Below are positions 39,722 to 51,583 of a DNA stretch of 64,000 bases, piece after piece. Under the pieces are notes generated by a model. That model had not been told where the DNA came from, ran no database searches, and saw nothing but the letters and a program-made list of their open reading frames with translations. Location of the stretch: positions 1,110,611 through 1,174,610 of the forward strand of contig NW_003314310.1 in assembly GCF_000143415.4 (NCBI RefSeq), in the 5' to 3' direction. The DNA comes from Selaginella moellendorffii (taxonomy: Eukaryota > Plantae > Lycopodiophyta). A program made the position numbers and the translations under genes. How positions within the stretch are numbered: position 1 is the first letter of the stretch; each line of letters opens with the position of its first letter.

Positions 39722-41966
39722 ATGCTGAGCGTCCTGCGCTTGCATTTACCGTCGGACATTCCTATTGTAGGCTGCGAGCTCTCTCCCTACGTCCAACTAC
39801 GGCTTCCCGATGGGACTACCACGACTGACGACGTTCCAGTAACATCTCCCATCGATGGATACTATCTTAGGTGGAAATGGTAAAAGAAAAGTGTTTTTTT
39901 TTTCCCTCTACTCTATTCACTTTTTCTTACGCATTCAATCTTCCAGGTGCCGAATCCAAACTGACAAGAGAGCATCCGTGTGTAGCGTGCATCCCTCGGA
40001 GCCTGCGACTCTTCAGTGTATAGGCTGTTTGAAAGCTAAGCTGCCAGTGAGCAAGAGCCTCCACTGCTCGTCCAAGTGCTTCTCCGATTCATGGCGTCAT
40101 CACCGGGCTATGCATGCACACGCCACAAACATTGCTCGAGAGAATGGGGCCGAGGAAGACGAGTTGTTTGGACGGGGTGGGTCTGTAGGCGGGGGTGCTC
40201 CAGTGAGCAACGGTATCATAGGAGGGCCTACGAAGACACAGGACCAGAACGGAACAGAGATATGGGAAGTAGGCTCTGTGAAAACGTATACGCCGACGGA
40301 AGAAGACGTAGGACATGCTCTCAAGCTGGAGTGCGTGGTTATGTCGACGGCCACGGGCATGCCAACAGGGGGACTCTCTAACTCTCTTCTCACACAACGG
40401 GTTATTCCAGCTCCGTGTCCACCACCCAGGAGAATGGTTCAAGTGAACACCATTGACGGGCTTGAGTTGGATGGTCGGCTGGGGGCTCCAGGATCTTTCA
40501 CGGTTCTGTCATACAATGTACTGGCTGATTTGTATGCCACCAGCGACATGTACAGCTATTGCCCCCAGTGGGCTCTCTCGTGGGCCTACCGACGGCAAAA
40601 CCTGCTGCGCGAGATTGTGGGCTATCGAGCGGATATCCTGTGTCTGCAAGAGGTATGCTCTCACAGGACTTCTACGTATAATCTCTACATGATTGTTTCA
40701 GATTCAAAGCGACCACTTTGACGAGTTCTTTGCTCCGGAACTTGAGAAGCACGGATATTCGGCGGTTTACAAGAAAAAGACTGCAGAGGTATTGTCTAGT
40801 GCTAGGACACTCAAACTTAATGCCATGGGGTTCAGGTCTATGCTGCGGGGGTGTACACTATTGATGGTTGTGCTACATTTTATCGCAATGATCGGTTCTT
40901 ACAAGTCAAAAAATACGAGGTAGATTTTTAATTTCCTAATCCAAACCATTACAAATGGTTACACATTACTGGATCAGGTGGAGTTCAATAAGGCAGCACA
41001 ATCGTTTTCAGAAGCTTACATGCCCTCTGCTCAAAGAAAAGCAGCTCTCACCCGCCTTCTCAAGGTTTTCTCCGTTCGCTGTGTCATTGATACTGACTTG
41101 GCCTCTGCATTAGGATAATGTCGCTCTCATTGTGGTGCTGGAGGTCTTGGATTATCCAGACCCGTCTAAAAAGCAATTGATCTGTGTGGTAAGCTACATG
41201 CAGTGGGATCTCGACTTCCAACACCTTTTCCTTTTCAGGCCAATACTCATATTCATGCGAATCCTGAGCTGAAAGACGTGAAACTATGGCAGGTAGAGTA
41301 TCCCTAATAGCAATTCGCGTGATCTGAGTTTTTCTCTTCAGGTGCAAACTCTTCTTAAAGGTCTGGAGAAGATTGCCGCAAGCGCGGAAATTCCCATGCT
41401 TGTTGCTGGTGATTTTAATTCTGTTCCTGGCAGGTCAGTCTCTACTTCTTGATTCCCGAGAGTGCCAACTTGTTTGTTTTTTGTTCTCAGCGCTCCACAC
41501 TCCCTCCTGGCCACAGGAAGAGTCGAACCAACTCACCCGGAGCTTGCCATTGATCCTCTTGGAATTCTAAGACCTGCGAGCAAGTTGTGCCACCAATTGC
41601 CTCTGGTAAGAACTCGAGCTTCGTTCACTCTTGACTGGCTTGTTATATTTACAGGTAAGTGCGTACTCAGCATTATCGCGGCGTGATGGTAGCAACGAGC
41701 CCCTTTTCACAAATTGCACGAGAGATTTCCTTGGTACGCTGGACTACATATTCTACACCGGTGAGTGTTTAGATGAAGCGATTGACACAAGCAAAACGTT
41801 TTTTTCTCTGTTTGCAGCGGATTCAATAGTGGTGGATTCACTACTCGAGCTTTTGGACGAGGAGAGCTTGCGGAAAGACACAGCGCTCCCTTCTCCAGAG
41901 TGGTCGTCAGATCATATAGCGTTACTGGCGGAGTTTCGGTGCAGACCTTCCAGGCTGAGGAGGTAG
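39722..41966 (+). CDS. CCR4: CCR4 deadenylase (plant CCR4a/b type)
   Basis: MLSVLRLHLPSDIPIVGCE, SYNVLAD, LCLQE, AGDFN, LDYIF, SSDH. Confidence 0.93.
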
Positions 41967-42517
41967 CAAGGGGGAAAGCTTTTGTAAAAGAGAGATTCTT
42001 CTCTTGGAGAGCCAGGCTCGATGAGAAGGGAATGTCCAAAGTAAAAACAAGCAAAAACTAGGATCAACTGTGTTGTGTGGAAAATGGTGGTATTGGGTGT
42101 AGTACGCACGGAATACAGCGCGAGTAGCAGGAGGAATATTTGTCTACGTTGGGGTTTCAAGGTGATATTTTGAGGTAACAGTCATGTGATATATTTTCCT
42201 TGTGGTAGTGATTATAGTTTTACCAGCAAATATTTCAAGCAAAGCAGATATTATAATTGGCTTTGGCGATAATAAATAGAGATCGGCCTCAGAGACGGTT
42301 TGTATCCAAGTCGTAGAAAATAATTGGATTTTATCACTTTAAACATTTTGAGCACCTTATGTGTTCGAATCCTGTCCAGAGCAAATCTAACGGTAAAAGG
42401 TCTTTTTACCAGGTGGCCAGATCATGAGGTGGTGCAGTTAGTGAGCCACACTTGGCACCCATGCAAGAAGAGAGAAGGCCAGCAAATAGCGAAAATTAGG
42501 GCTAGATCTAGCGAGCG

Positions 42518-42880
42518 ATGTCTCGATTGATCCATTTGACGAGGAGGTTTGTCCTGTCCGGGCAATGCCAGAGCGCGAGTAGCACGAGTTCTTTGGTCGC
42601 GTCTTCTTCTTCGTTGGAGTTTGGGTTTGGGCAGAATTGGAGCTTGGATCAGCAGCAGCAGCAGCGATGGTTTTGTGGCCAGAGCGGATCGAAAGGTGGA
42701 GGAGAACCGGATGATGATAGCAAGAAGAAAAGGTATGGCAAAGTCGGGCACAATGTTGCTGACGAGAGCTACAAGGAGAGGGTGAAGAAGAAGAAGGATG
42801 GGGATGAGGAGGAAGAAGAGAGCTTGGAGAAGACGAACTATGATATTTCAAAGAGAACTCGGCCCTCGGGTGAGGAGTGA
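42518..42880 (+). CDS. Hypothetical small protein with a mitochondrial-type presequence
   Basis: Single-exon 120-aa ORF; R/S-rich N-terminus, highly charged C-terminus. Confidence 0.4.
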   Translation: MSRLIHLTRRFVLSGQCQSASSTSSLVASSSSLEFGFGQNWSLDQQQQQRWFCGQSGSKGGGEPDDDSKKKRYGKVGHNVADESYKERVKKKKDGDEEEEESLEKTNYDISKRTRPSGEE

Positions 42881-42928
42881 TCGAATCCAAGAGTTTGGAT
42901 GTTCCACTATACTCTATCGATAATTTTT

Positions 42929-44223
42929 TTACTTGTGTGGTTCGATCAAAGCGAGTAGGTTTGCCATGTGTTCTTGGCGAAGAGTAGCGACGGCTTCCAA
43001 GCTCCCGTCTTGGAGGCCCGATGGAACAACACGGACGTAGCCTTCGCAGGGACCATTTGTGGGTGTGGCAAGGATTGGAGTTCCAGATCCAAAATCCATG
43101 TCGTAGAAGGGCAATCGAGCCCAGCTTGTGATGACCAAGTTGGGATCGAAGCTGATCCTCGTGAATCCGGCGCTGTCGTGCTGCTCTGATTTGGGAGCTT
43201 CTCTCAGCTGGAGAGCCACGAAATCCACCACCGATCTCAAGCGCTCGGCCTCGGACGCCCTCTCGATACTCGCGGCGATGATCGAAGCTCCAAATTCCAG
43301 TGGCTTGCCCGTGAGATCTTCCGCGCTGACCTCACAGCGCGCCCGGAACAGGGAGTGAGAGTCCACGGCGACCATTGACCGGGCAGTAGAGCACCGTGCG
43401 GCGGCCGCCGCTGACTCCCCTGGCCATGGTGATGAGCCGCCAGAGATGGACTGCCAGGCACACGAATGTGGAGCTAGATCCGCCAGCTCTTTCACTGTTT
43501 TTGAGCCGATCGAGCTCGCCTTTGCGAAAGTGGATCCGTCGAGTGATGAGAGCTTTGGATTCCTCCGGGGAGAGGACTGTGTAGTGCTTCGGCGTGAGCG
43601 CGTACTCGGGGTGCTCGAACTCCGGCATGGGTGGATCCCGGGGCATCATCAAGGTACGATCGGACGAGCGACTGTCCGAAAACTTCGCGGCTTTGCCGCT
43701 CGCGAGTGCTGCCCAGTCGGCCAGGAAGCCGGGGACCGCGTTGCAATCGGCGACGTGGTGCTGGATTCCAAGCCCCAGCGCAAATCCTCCACAGCTAAAG
43801 CTTGTGATCTGGAACGAGTAAACTTCACTGATCGAAATCTTGCTTGAATCTAGATTGTTACCTGGACAAGCTAGGTGTAAGCTTGTGAAGATTTCCATGA
43901 CCATCATCGCTACCCAGAAACTCGACCAATGTTTCCGTCGCGACGGCTTCCACCCAAAAAACTCCCTCGTTGTTAAGACGAATAGCCAGATCCCCAGATT
44001 CATCTCTTCCAATCCGACCCGCGAAGCCCAACACCTTTTGGAGCGAATCTTTCAAGCGAGAAGAGGTACTCAGCTTCGAAGAGAATGCAAGGAGGAGTGG
44101 GACGTGATAGCTTGGCATCAGGGCATCCATCGGGCTGAGACGTAGCCATGGAGAATGATCGCTGCTCCCGTCGTCGCTCTGAATCTGGATCCATTCCGGC
44201 AACCGCTCAATCGTGATGACCAT
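42929..44223 (-). pseudogene. BAHD acyltransferase, frameshifted
   Basis: HHVAD and DFGSG motifs; the FFGNA segment is deleted near 43350 with a frame change. Confidence 0.8.
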
Positions 44224-44344
44224 GATTGAGAATGAATTTGTGCTGAACAGTGGAAGAGCTATTTGTCGTGATCGAAAATGGGAATGCGACTTGATTCCTT
44301 CATTAACCATCTATGGAGTGTCCATTGCTGATCAAAGGAAAGTG

Positions 44345-45724
44345 TTAACAACCTTTGTTGTCATTGAAAATGGAGTAGACAAGCTTGTCCATATGAGAGT
44401 TTCTTAGAGTGGGCACTACTGCTAGACCTCCGTCACCATTGCTAGATGGCACCACTCGCACGTAACCTTCGCAAGGGCCCTCCGTGGGGGTGGCAAGAAC
44501 CGGACGACCGAATCCAAAGTCGAGCTCGTAAAAGGGCAGTCGAGCCCAGCTAGTGATGATCAAGTTTGGATCCAAAGAAAAGCGGGGAATCTCTTCCGCC
44601 TGGGGAGAACTACGCTGCTGGTCCTCGTGTTGTTGCTTCAATGCAAGGAAATCCACAACCGATCGCAAATAATCCTCCTGCGATAAAGACTCTAAGCCTG
44701 CGGCAATCAGCGAGGCCAAGTCACCCAAGGGCATGGCAAGGATATCGCAGACCGTGGCGCATGCGCACCGCCTAAACACCGCATTGCCGAAGAAGTGAGC
44801 CGGGAGCGCGAGCCCACGGCGGCCGTTGACCGGGCACAGTACTATCGTCTTGGACTGGACGTTGACTTCACGGGCGGCGGTGATTGACTTCCAGAGGTAT
44901 GCAGACAGGGAGACGTACGTGGAGAAGGGTTGATTGGAGCGACCTTTGTTACACTCGGACTTGAGGAGCGCGAGACGCTCTCTGGTGAAGTGGATCGTGC
45001 GGGTGACGATCGACTTGGCCTCGTCGCTGGAAAGCATTGTGATGATGTTGGTGGTGTAGTCAGAGTGGTCAAAGCTAGGGCGTGGAGGGCGGCGGGGCAT
45101 CATGCAGGAGCGGTCAATGGGCTGCCCGGACAGGAGTTCCTCGATTGACCGCTCCCCCCTGGTCAACTTTGCGAGGTCGAGGAGAAATTCCGGGAGCGCG
45201 TTGCAATCGACGACACGATGGTTGACTCCAAAACCCAGTGCGATCCCACCGCAGCCGAATCGAGTGATCTACACCACAAATGTATGCCAATGGATGAAAA
45301 CATCGGGAGAACATACCTGGAGTAGAAGAGGGATTCCCATGTCCACGGGATCCTGCGAAGCCATTGGCGTCAGCTCTTGGAGCTTTGCGAGATCCTGATC
45401 CGAAAAACCCTGAAGCGTTTCCTGGGTGGAAGCCTCAATCCAGAGGACGCCGCAGTCCTCGTCCTGATCGTTGAGATAGATCCCAAGCTTCCCGGACTCG
45501 TTCCTCCGGATCCGCCCAGCTAAATCTCTGTAGTGGCACAGCACCTGCTGGAGCGCGCGCTCCAAATCGGCCACAAATCCTTGAGGAACCGGGGAGGAGA
45601 ATGCGAGGACCATAGGGCTGTGAATTAGTGGCATGTGGATATCGATCGGGGTGAGAGGAAACCATGTCGAGAGAGGATTCTTGATCGACGACGACACCCA
45701 TCTCAAAGAGCTTCTCTCAATCAT
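44345..45724 (-). CDS. BAHD acyltransferase
   Basis: Two exons split at the Q intron; HRVVD, FFGNA, DFGFG. Confidence 0.9.
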
Positions 45725-46149
45725 CCTAGAAGTGCCACGTCAAACTTACCAACAACTAGGATTATTAACGCTCATATCCGTCGAATATCCCAAATCTGCC
45801 ACGTGGTCACTGGATGCGTCTTTGAGAATCTTTCACTGGCGCTTAAGCAGCGTAAGTAATCACCTTCCTTTGTCCATGAGAATGTTGCTATAGCAGAGCA
45901 TCAATTTTACTTCCACAAGAATCATCAGCATCTCGAACAGACATACCAAGGCCTTTGAATAGTAATGTTGAGCAAAAACCACCCCGCTGAATATTATAGT
46001 TGCAAAAGTTCATGGCAACGGAAGAATGTAAGTTCAAAACTCTGTATAAAAATCATCCTACACTCCAAGAGACTTGCTCTTTTAACGTTTGGCTACGGCA
46101 CCGCAATGGCTAAAGGATAGCGAGTTGATAATGAAACCCCGAGTAGACA

Positions 46150-47072
46150 ATATGAGAGTTTCTTAAAGTAAGCACTACCACTAACCTTCGCAACCCCCCT
46201 TGGTGGGCGTGGCAAGAACTGGACGGTTGAATCCAAAGCCGAGCTCATAGCAGGGCAGTCGAGCCCAGCTAGTGATGACCAAGTTTGGATCGAGAGCAAG
46301 CGCCTGTGAACCTCTTCTGTCATCTGGGGAGAATTATGTTATTGGTACTCATGCCATTCCTTCAATTCAAGGAAATCCATAACTGGTTGCAAATAATCCT
46401 CCTGGAAGCAACAAGCCTCTGTCAATTGTCGAAGCTAAGTCAGACCGTGCTCTAAACTCTGCATTGCCGAAGAAGCGAGCCGGGAGTTTGAGTCCACGGC
46501 GGCCGTTGACCGGGCACAGGACCATCGTCTTGGACTGCTTCCAGAGGTCGGCGGCTAGGGAAACGAACGTGGAGAAGGGTTGACTGGAGCTAGGGCGTGG
46601 AGACCAGAAAAGATTTCCGCTCCTGTGATCAACTTTGTGAGGTTGAGGACACGATGGTTTCCAAAACCAGTGCGATCCCACCGCAGGCGAATCGAGTGAT
46701 CCAAACGAGAAATCTATCGGCTATGGATGATGAAACATCGGGAGTACCTGCAGTAGAAGATGTTCGTGGGATTTGGCGTCAGCTCGTGGAGCTTGGCGAG
46801 GTCCTTGTCCGAAAAGCCCTGAAGCGTTTTCTGAATACAGAGGATGCCGCAGTCCTCGTCCTGATCGTTGAGATAGATCCCAAGCCTCCCGGACTGGTTC
46901 CTTCGGATCCGCCTGATACAGTGTCCGGCGCTCCAAATCGGCCACAAATCCTTGAGGAACCGGGAAGGAGAATGTGAGGACTAAAGGGCTGTGAATTAGT
47001 GGCATCTGGATATCGATCGGGGTGAGAGGTGTCGGGAGAGGATTCTTGATCGACGAAGACACCCGCTCTCAT
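46150..47072 (-). pseudogene. BAHD acyltransferase pseudogene
   Basis: Colinear with 44345-45724 but carries many deletions and frameshifts. Confidence 0.85.
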
Positions 47073-50000
47073 TGTCCCCTATAACTTTTCAACTTACACA
47101 TGCTTCACGAGACAGCCTCACCCGACGTCCAGGTCAAACTTATCCGTCGAATATCCCACAAGCAAGTCTTTGGAGAGCTTGCCCTATTGGCATCTTAGTA
47201 CCAAGAGCTCACGCGGCCCGGACGGAGTTTGACCATCCCGAGTACGCACTCACGGCAAAGCCCTACAGTTCTCCGGATCCTTTTCGGATAGACGAGCTAT
47301 TTCTTCTCACAAACAGCTAACTACGAAATCCAAAAGAAAACCTCACAGCACAACAATCGTATTTTGACAATCCAATCCTACTGTCGCTGATCTGCAGCGT
47401 CTTGTTTGCCACAATGTGAATGAAAAAGCGATTGTAGTGAATCTTATCTAATCAATAAAAAATAAGACAGATATAAAAGAAAAAGACTTCTGATTCTCCG
47501 GGACATCTTAAACTCCAAAGGTTTGATATGCAGCTGAGTTGGACATACATAAGTAACAAGGTCATTGCAGGAAATGTGACAGGTGCCCTTTCAAAGCTAC
47601 GAAAGGAAACTTGATTGACTAGGGATGCTGTTGAACTCTTCCAAAAGATTGTTGCTTTTTGTCTGAAATTCTTCTTCTGAAATATTTTTTATCTTGCAAT
47701 AATTCTATTAATGGGTAATTTTTAATTTCAGAGTACTAACTTTTTTTGAATATAAAGTCTTCTACGTTGTGAGGTCTAAGTGTACAACTATGATGCTTAT
47801 TCCATGCACTCATATTGGTGGAAATGAAAGGTAATTTTGATTATCCCTAAGATTTGGGATATTAATTTAAATTTATTATTTGCATTATCTAAATCTCCCT
47901 TTTCGTATTGCTTTTTAGGATTTTGGTTTAGATCTAGCTTTTGCATTGCTTAGATCTCCCTTTTTTTTAATTATTTTTTTTAACTTTTTCTCTTTTGCTC
48001 TTTCCTTTTCATTCATCTTCATGGTAGAGCACTAACCCTCTTCCTCCTTTGACTCTAAAGCAATAGTTGGTATAATTGTTTGATGTTATATAGTTATAGT
48101 TGAATAATCAAACTTAATTGATGGTAGTATTCACAGTGCGTGGTACAATTCTTCTTGCTCTTGTTACCAATCCTCGCATCCGACTAGAGTTTTTTCGTGA
48201 GAATCTTAAAGATGATGTGTACCATTAGTTTGATCATTTCATGGTGATTGTTACATATCATTTCTGGGATAATATTTGATGTTTACATGAGTTTCCCATG
48301 TATTTTCAAAGGTTGGTGCTGCAATGGTACAATGGTTTGAGTGTAGCCACTTGTTAGGATTGGAGTATTCTCTTAAGCATTTTCAAACATACATTTGGAC
48401 ATGTTGACAATTGTGATGATGCCTTTTAGCAATTGCATCATCTTTGTTAAGGGTCATCTGATCTTATGATGCAAATTAGCTTTTGTTTTCGAAGTCTTTT
48501 GTTTTATATAGAGTCAAATATGTCAAAGAAGATTAAGTTGGGAATGTTGTGGCTAACACTTTATCAAGATTTGGTAGGACTTATGCATGCATTTGCTCTA
48601 GCCACCTTTGATGATGCTTTTTGCTTAGCACAATGTTATGAGACATCATCTCATCCACTTCTTGCTGCACATCCTTCAGCTCCACTTTCTGTGTGAGATA
48701 GTTCTGTTTTAATGGAGGTTGATATTGTTGCTCCTCAAGTTCAAGGACTAAAACGAAGATGTGGTTATTGTTGAGCATGTGATGAAATTGGTCACACTTA
48801 TTGATGTTGTTGGCATTTTCCAGATTGGTGACCTCTATTTCCTGGATGTAAACTTTAGTGTTAACAATGTTCTATTGGTGTTGTTGTAATGAAAGGTCTG
48901 AACACCAAGATATATCTGAGAAACGAGAAGTTGTACAAGTAATGGAAGGATCTTGTGTGAATAAGTCAGTGACCCCTCCATCTTTTTTTATGAGTATTAT
49001 TAAGGGGTTCACTCAACACTGATTCATTCAGTGTTTACTTTCTAAGCTCGTTTTTATAACAATAGATATTCTATTATTCTCTTTATGTTGGATGATACAA
49101 GCTCAAGTTTATTTTCTATTGCTCAGCTTATTGCCACACATTGTCGTCTACATTTGCATTGTGTGGCAAAGCTAACAACAAGGTTCGCCTCATCCTGTTC
49201 ATATGTGTGTGTACGGCCATTGTTATAAAAAATGAAAATGTGTGTAAGCAATCTCAAACTTGAGTTACAATCATTGTAGATGGTGCTGAGTCAAGTTTTT
49301 GATCTCATCCTTAGTATAGATTTGTTGTGGCACAATTATGAAAAATGTGATTTTGAGGTTTCTCCCCCTTCTCTCATACTTTTTGATATTTCTTCTATTT
49401 TTTATACCTTTTTATCTCTTTGCTTCTACCTTTACTTCAATCACTTTTGTCTCCCCTTTACTTCCTTCTAAGTTTCTATCTTGTTCTTCTCTTTCCTATT
49501 TTGATCCCTTTGATGGTCTTTATGTTGTAGTGGTTAACCAATTCATAAATGAGTATGTTGATCTTTTTGAATTTGACCTATCATCTAAGGCAAAATTACA
49601 ACACATTATCCTATTTCAACTAGGAATGCTTGTCCAATCAAGGTTCTTATTTATTGTTTGTAACCCAAAGAGATCAAAATTTTACTTACAAACATTAAAA
49701 AGATGTTGGAAAAGAGAGTTATTTGGAAATCACAGAGTCTTTAGGCATGTGAATCTTATTTTGTGACGAAGTTTGATGAAGGTATTTGTTTCTACATCAA
49801 CTATTGTTTGTTAAATGAAGTGACAATTCTAAATGCTTCTTCACACTATTCATCTCTTAGATTGTCTGGAGAGTCGTTAGTTCACTAAGTTAGATCTTGT
49901 TTTTGGGTAATGGCAAGTATCGATGGTCGAAGAAGATATTTCAAAGATTGCTTTTCGTACACTGTTTGGGTTATACAAGTTCTTAGCGATATCGTTTGGT

Positions 50001-50154
50001 TTGAACAATGTTTCAACAATTTTCGATCGGATGATGGACAAGGTTTTTTGCAATATGCCAGAAGTGATTGCTAACTTCATCAATGATGTCTTAATCCACT
50101 TGAAGGGTCATGAGAAGAACACATTTGTGATGTTCATAAGGTGTTGGATCTTCT

Positions 50155-51583
50155 TGTAAGCGACTAAATTTTTCCATTCTACTTTAGTCATTTAACCACA
50201 CCAACCACTTGGAGGAGTCTCACTCACAACCTCCATAAGTCGTATTTCAGACTTGGGCTTGCTAGCCCCGAGAATGGCATCCCTGCCACTCAACCTTTGC
50301 ATTTGATCCAAGTGCTCCACGTGTCCGATCCCATGACCGACACCCCAAGGTACCACCGACATATCAGCCCGTTACGCTAAGGCCATGCCCCTTTACCTTG
50401 GTCACACCTTTGGTCTAACACCACCTGCATCACAGTCCCATCTCTCAGGGACTGGGCCATCCGTCCATGAGTGATCATTCCAAATCCACTCCTTAGCATC
50501 CTTAAGATGCCCACAGACATGGGGAATAGCCTTCCCCAATATCCCTTTTCCGGTCTTCACCAAATCCCTTTCTGCCCATGGCCGTGTTCACCAACGCTGC
50601 CACTGGATCGAGGCCCACAGGCCCGACCACTAAGTCCCACGGTCCTTTGGGACTTCCTTACCACTCGACTGTATCCTTGGTCACTACACCAGAGGACTAC
50701 TCCTCTTCCTTTCCACAGTCTAGGCCTTTGGGACAACATTTCGGAACACCGTGGCCTTACGCGGGCCTCATGGGTACTCTCCCCGCCATCCGCCTTTGGG
50801 TGCTCTAGCCATGGGCTTAGAGCGAGGTTCCGTTGAGCCACACTAGGTATCCAAGTAGGTAGTGCCACCTACACTTGGACTGGGAGCATCGGTCAGTCGA
50901 TCTTCCGGGGGAACTAAAGCCGGCTTTTGAACACTTCACCAAGCTACCCCGCTTGTTGGTCCGTATTCACTCTAGTTTTGGACTTCCCAGTGGTCAATTC
51001 ATCACCCAACACTGGGTATGGCCTTCCTGGGCCGAACTGGCCTTTCCTGGCCAAACTGGCTCCACTGGGCTCCAACCCCCACACTCTCCTTACTATACTT
51101 TTGGAACCCCCCCCCCCCCCCCCCCTTGGGGGACGATTGCTTTGGGCTTTCACCCAACTGCCTGTATTAGTATTTGGACTCGGACTCCATCTCGAACTCC
51201 ATCTCGGACTCCATCTCGGACTCCACCTCGGACTCCAACTCGGGTCCATCTTGGACTCCATTTCGGACTCCACCTCGGACTCCAACTCGGGTCCATCTCG
51301 GACTCCACCTTGGACTCCAACTCGGGTCCATCTCGAACTCCATCTCGGACACTTCCACATGTCATGTGTTGGTCCTTTTGGGTCCGTTTTTGGAGCCTCG
51401 CTTATTGATCGCTTCATGCTCGTTCCTTGAGCACTCCGTTGGGAGTTCCACTCTTGCTCTCAACCTTTTCAAGTCGGAGCTTTTTAGTCCAAATATGTTA
51501 CACTCGTTTGGTTTTCATTTCGGCCACCACCACATAGCACCCTTCCGGCTCCACTTTGGGGCCTAGGGATTTTTTGTCTCACA
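50155..51583. mobile_element. Solo LTR nested in the Gypsy RT
   Basis: TG...CA ends, 5-bp TSD CTTCT at 50150-50154 and 51584-51588; removal rejoins VLDLL*KIGLKLKWSKC. Confidence 0.85.
51175..51350. repeat. About 12-nt minisatellite (CTCGGACTCCAY) inside the solo LTR
   Basis: Visible tandem array; a long C run lies just upstream at about 51106-51125. Confidence 0.9.

Noticed and set aside
51175-51350. CRISPR-like array
   Set aside because: Contiguous short tandem units without unique spacers, in eukaryotic DNA
50875-51566. Several overlapping ORFs of up to 177 aa
   Set aside because: Generated by the stop-free minisatellite inside the solo LTR
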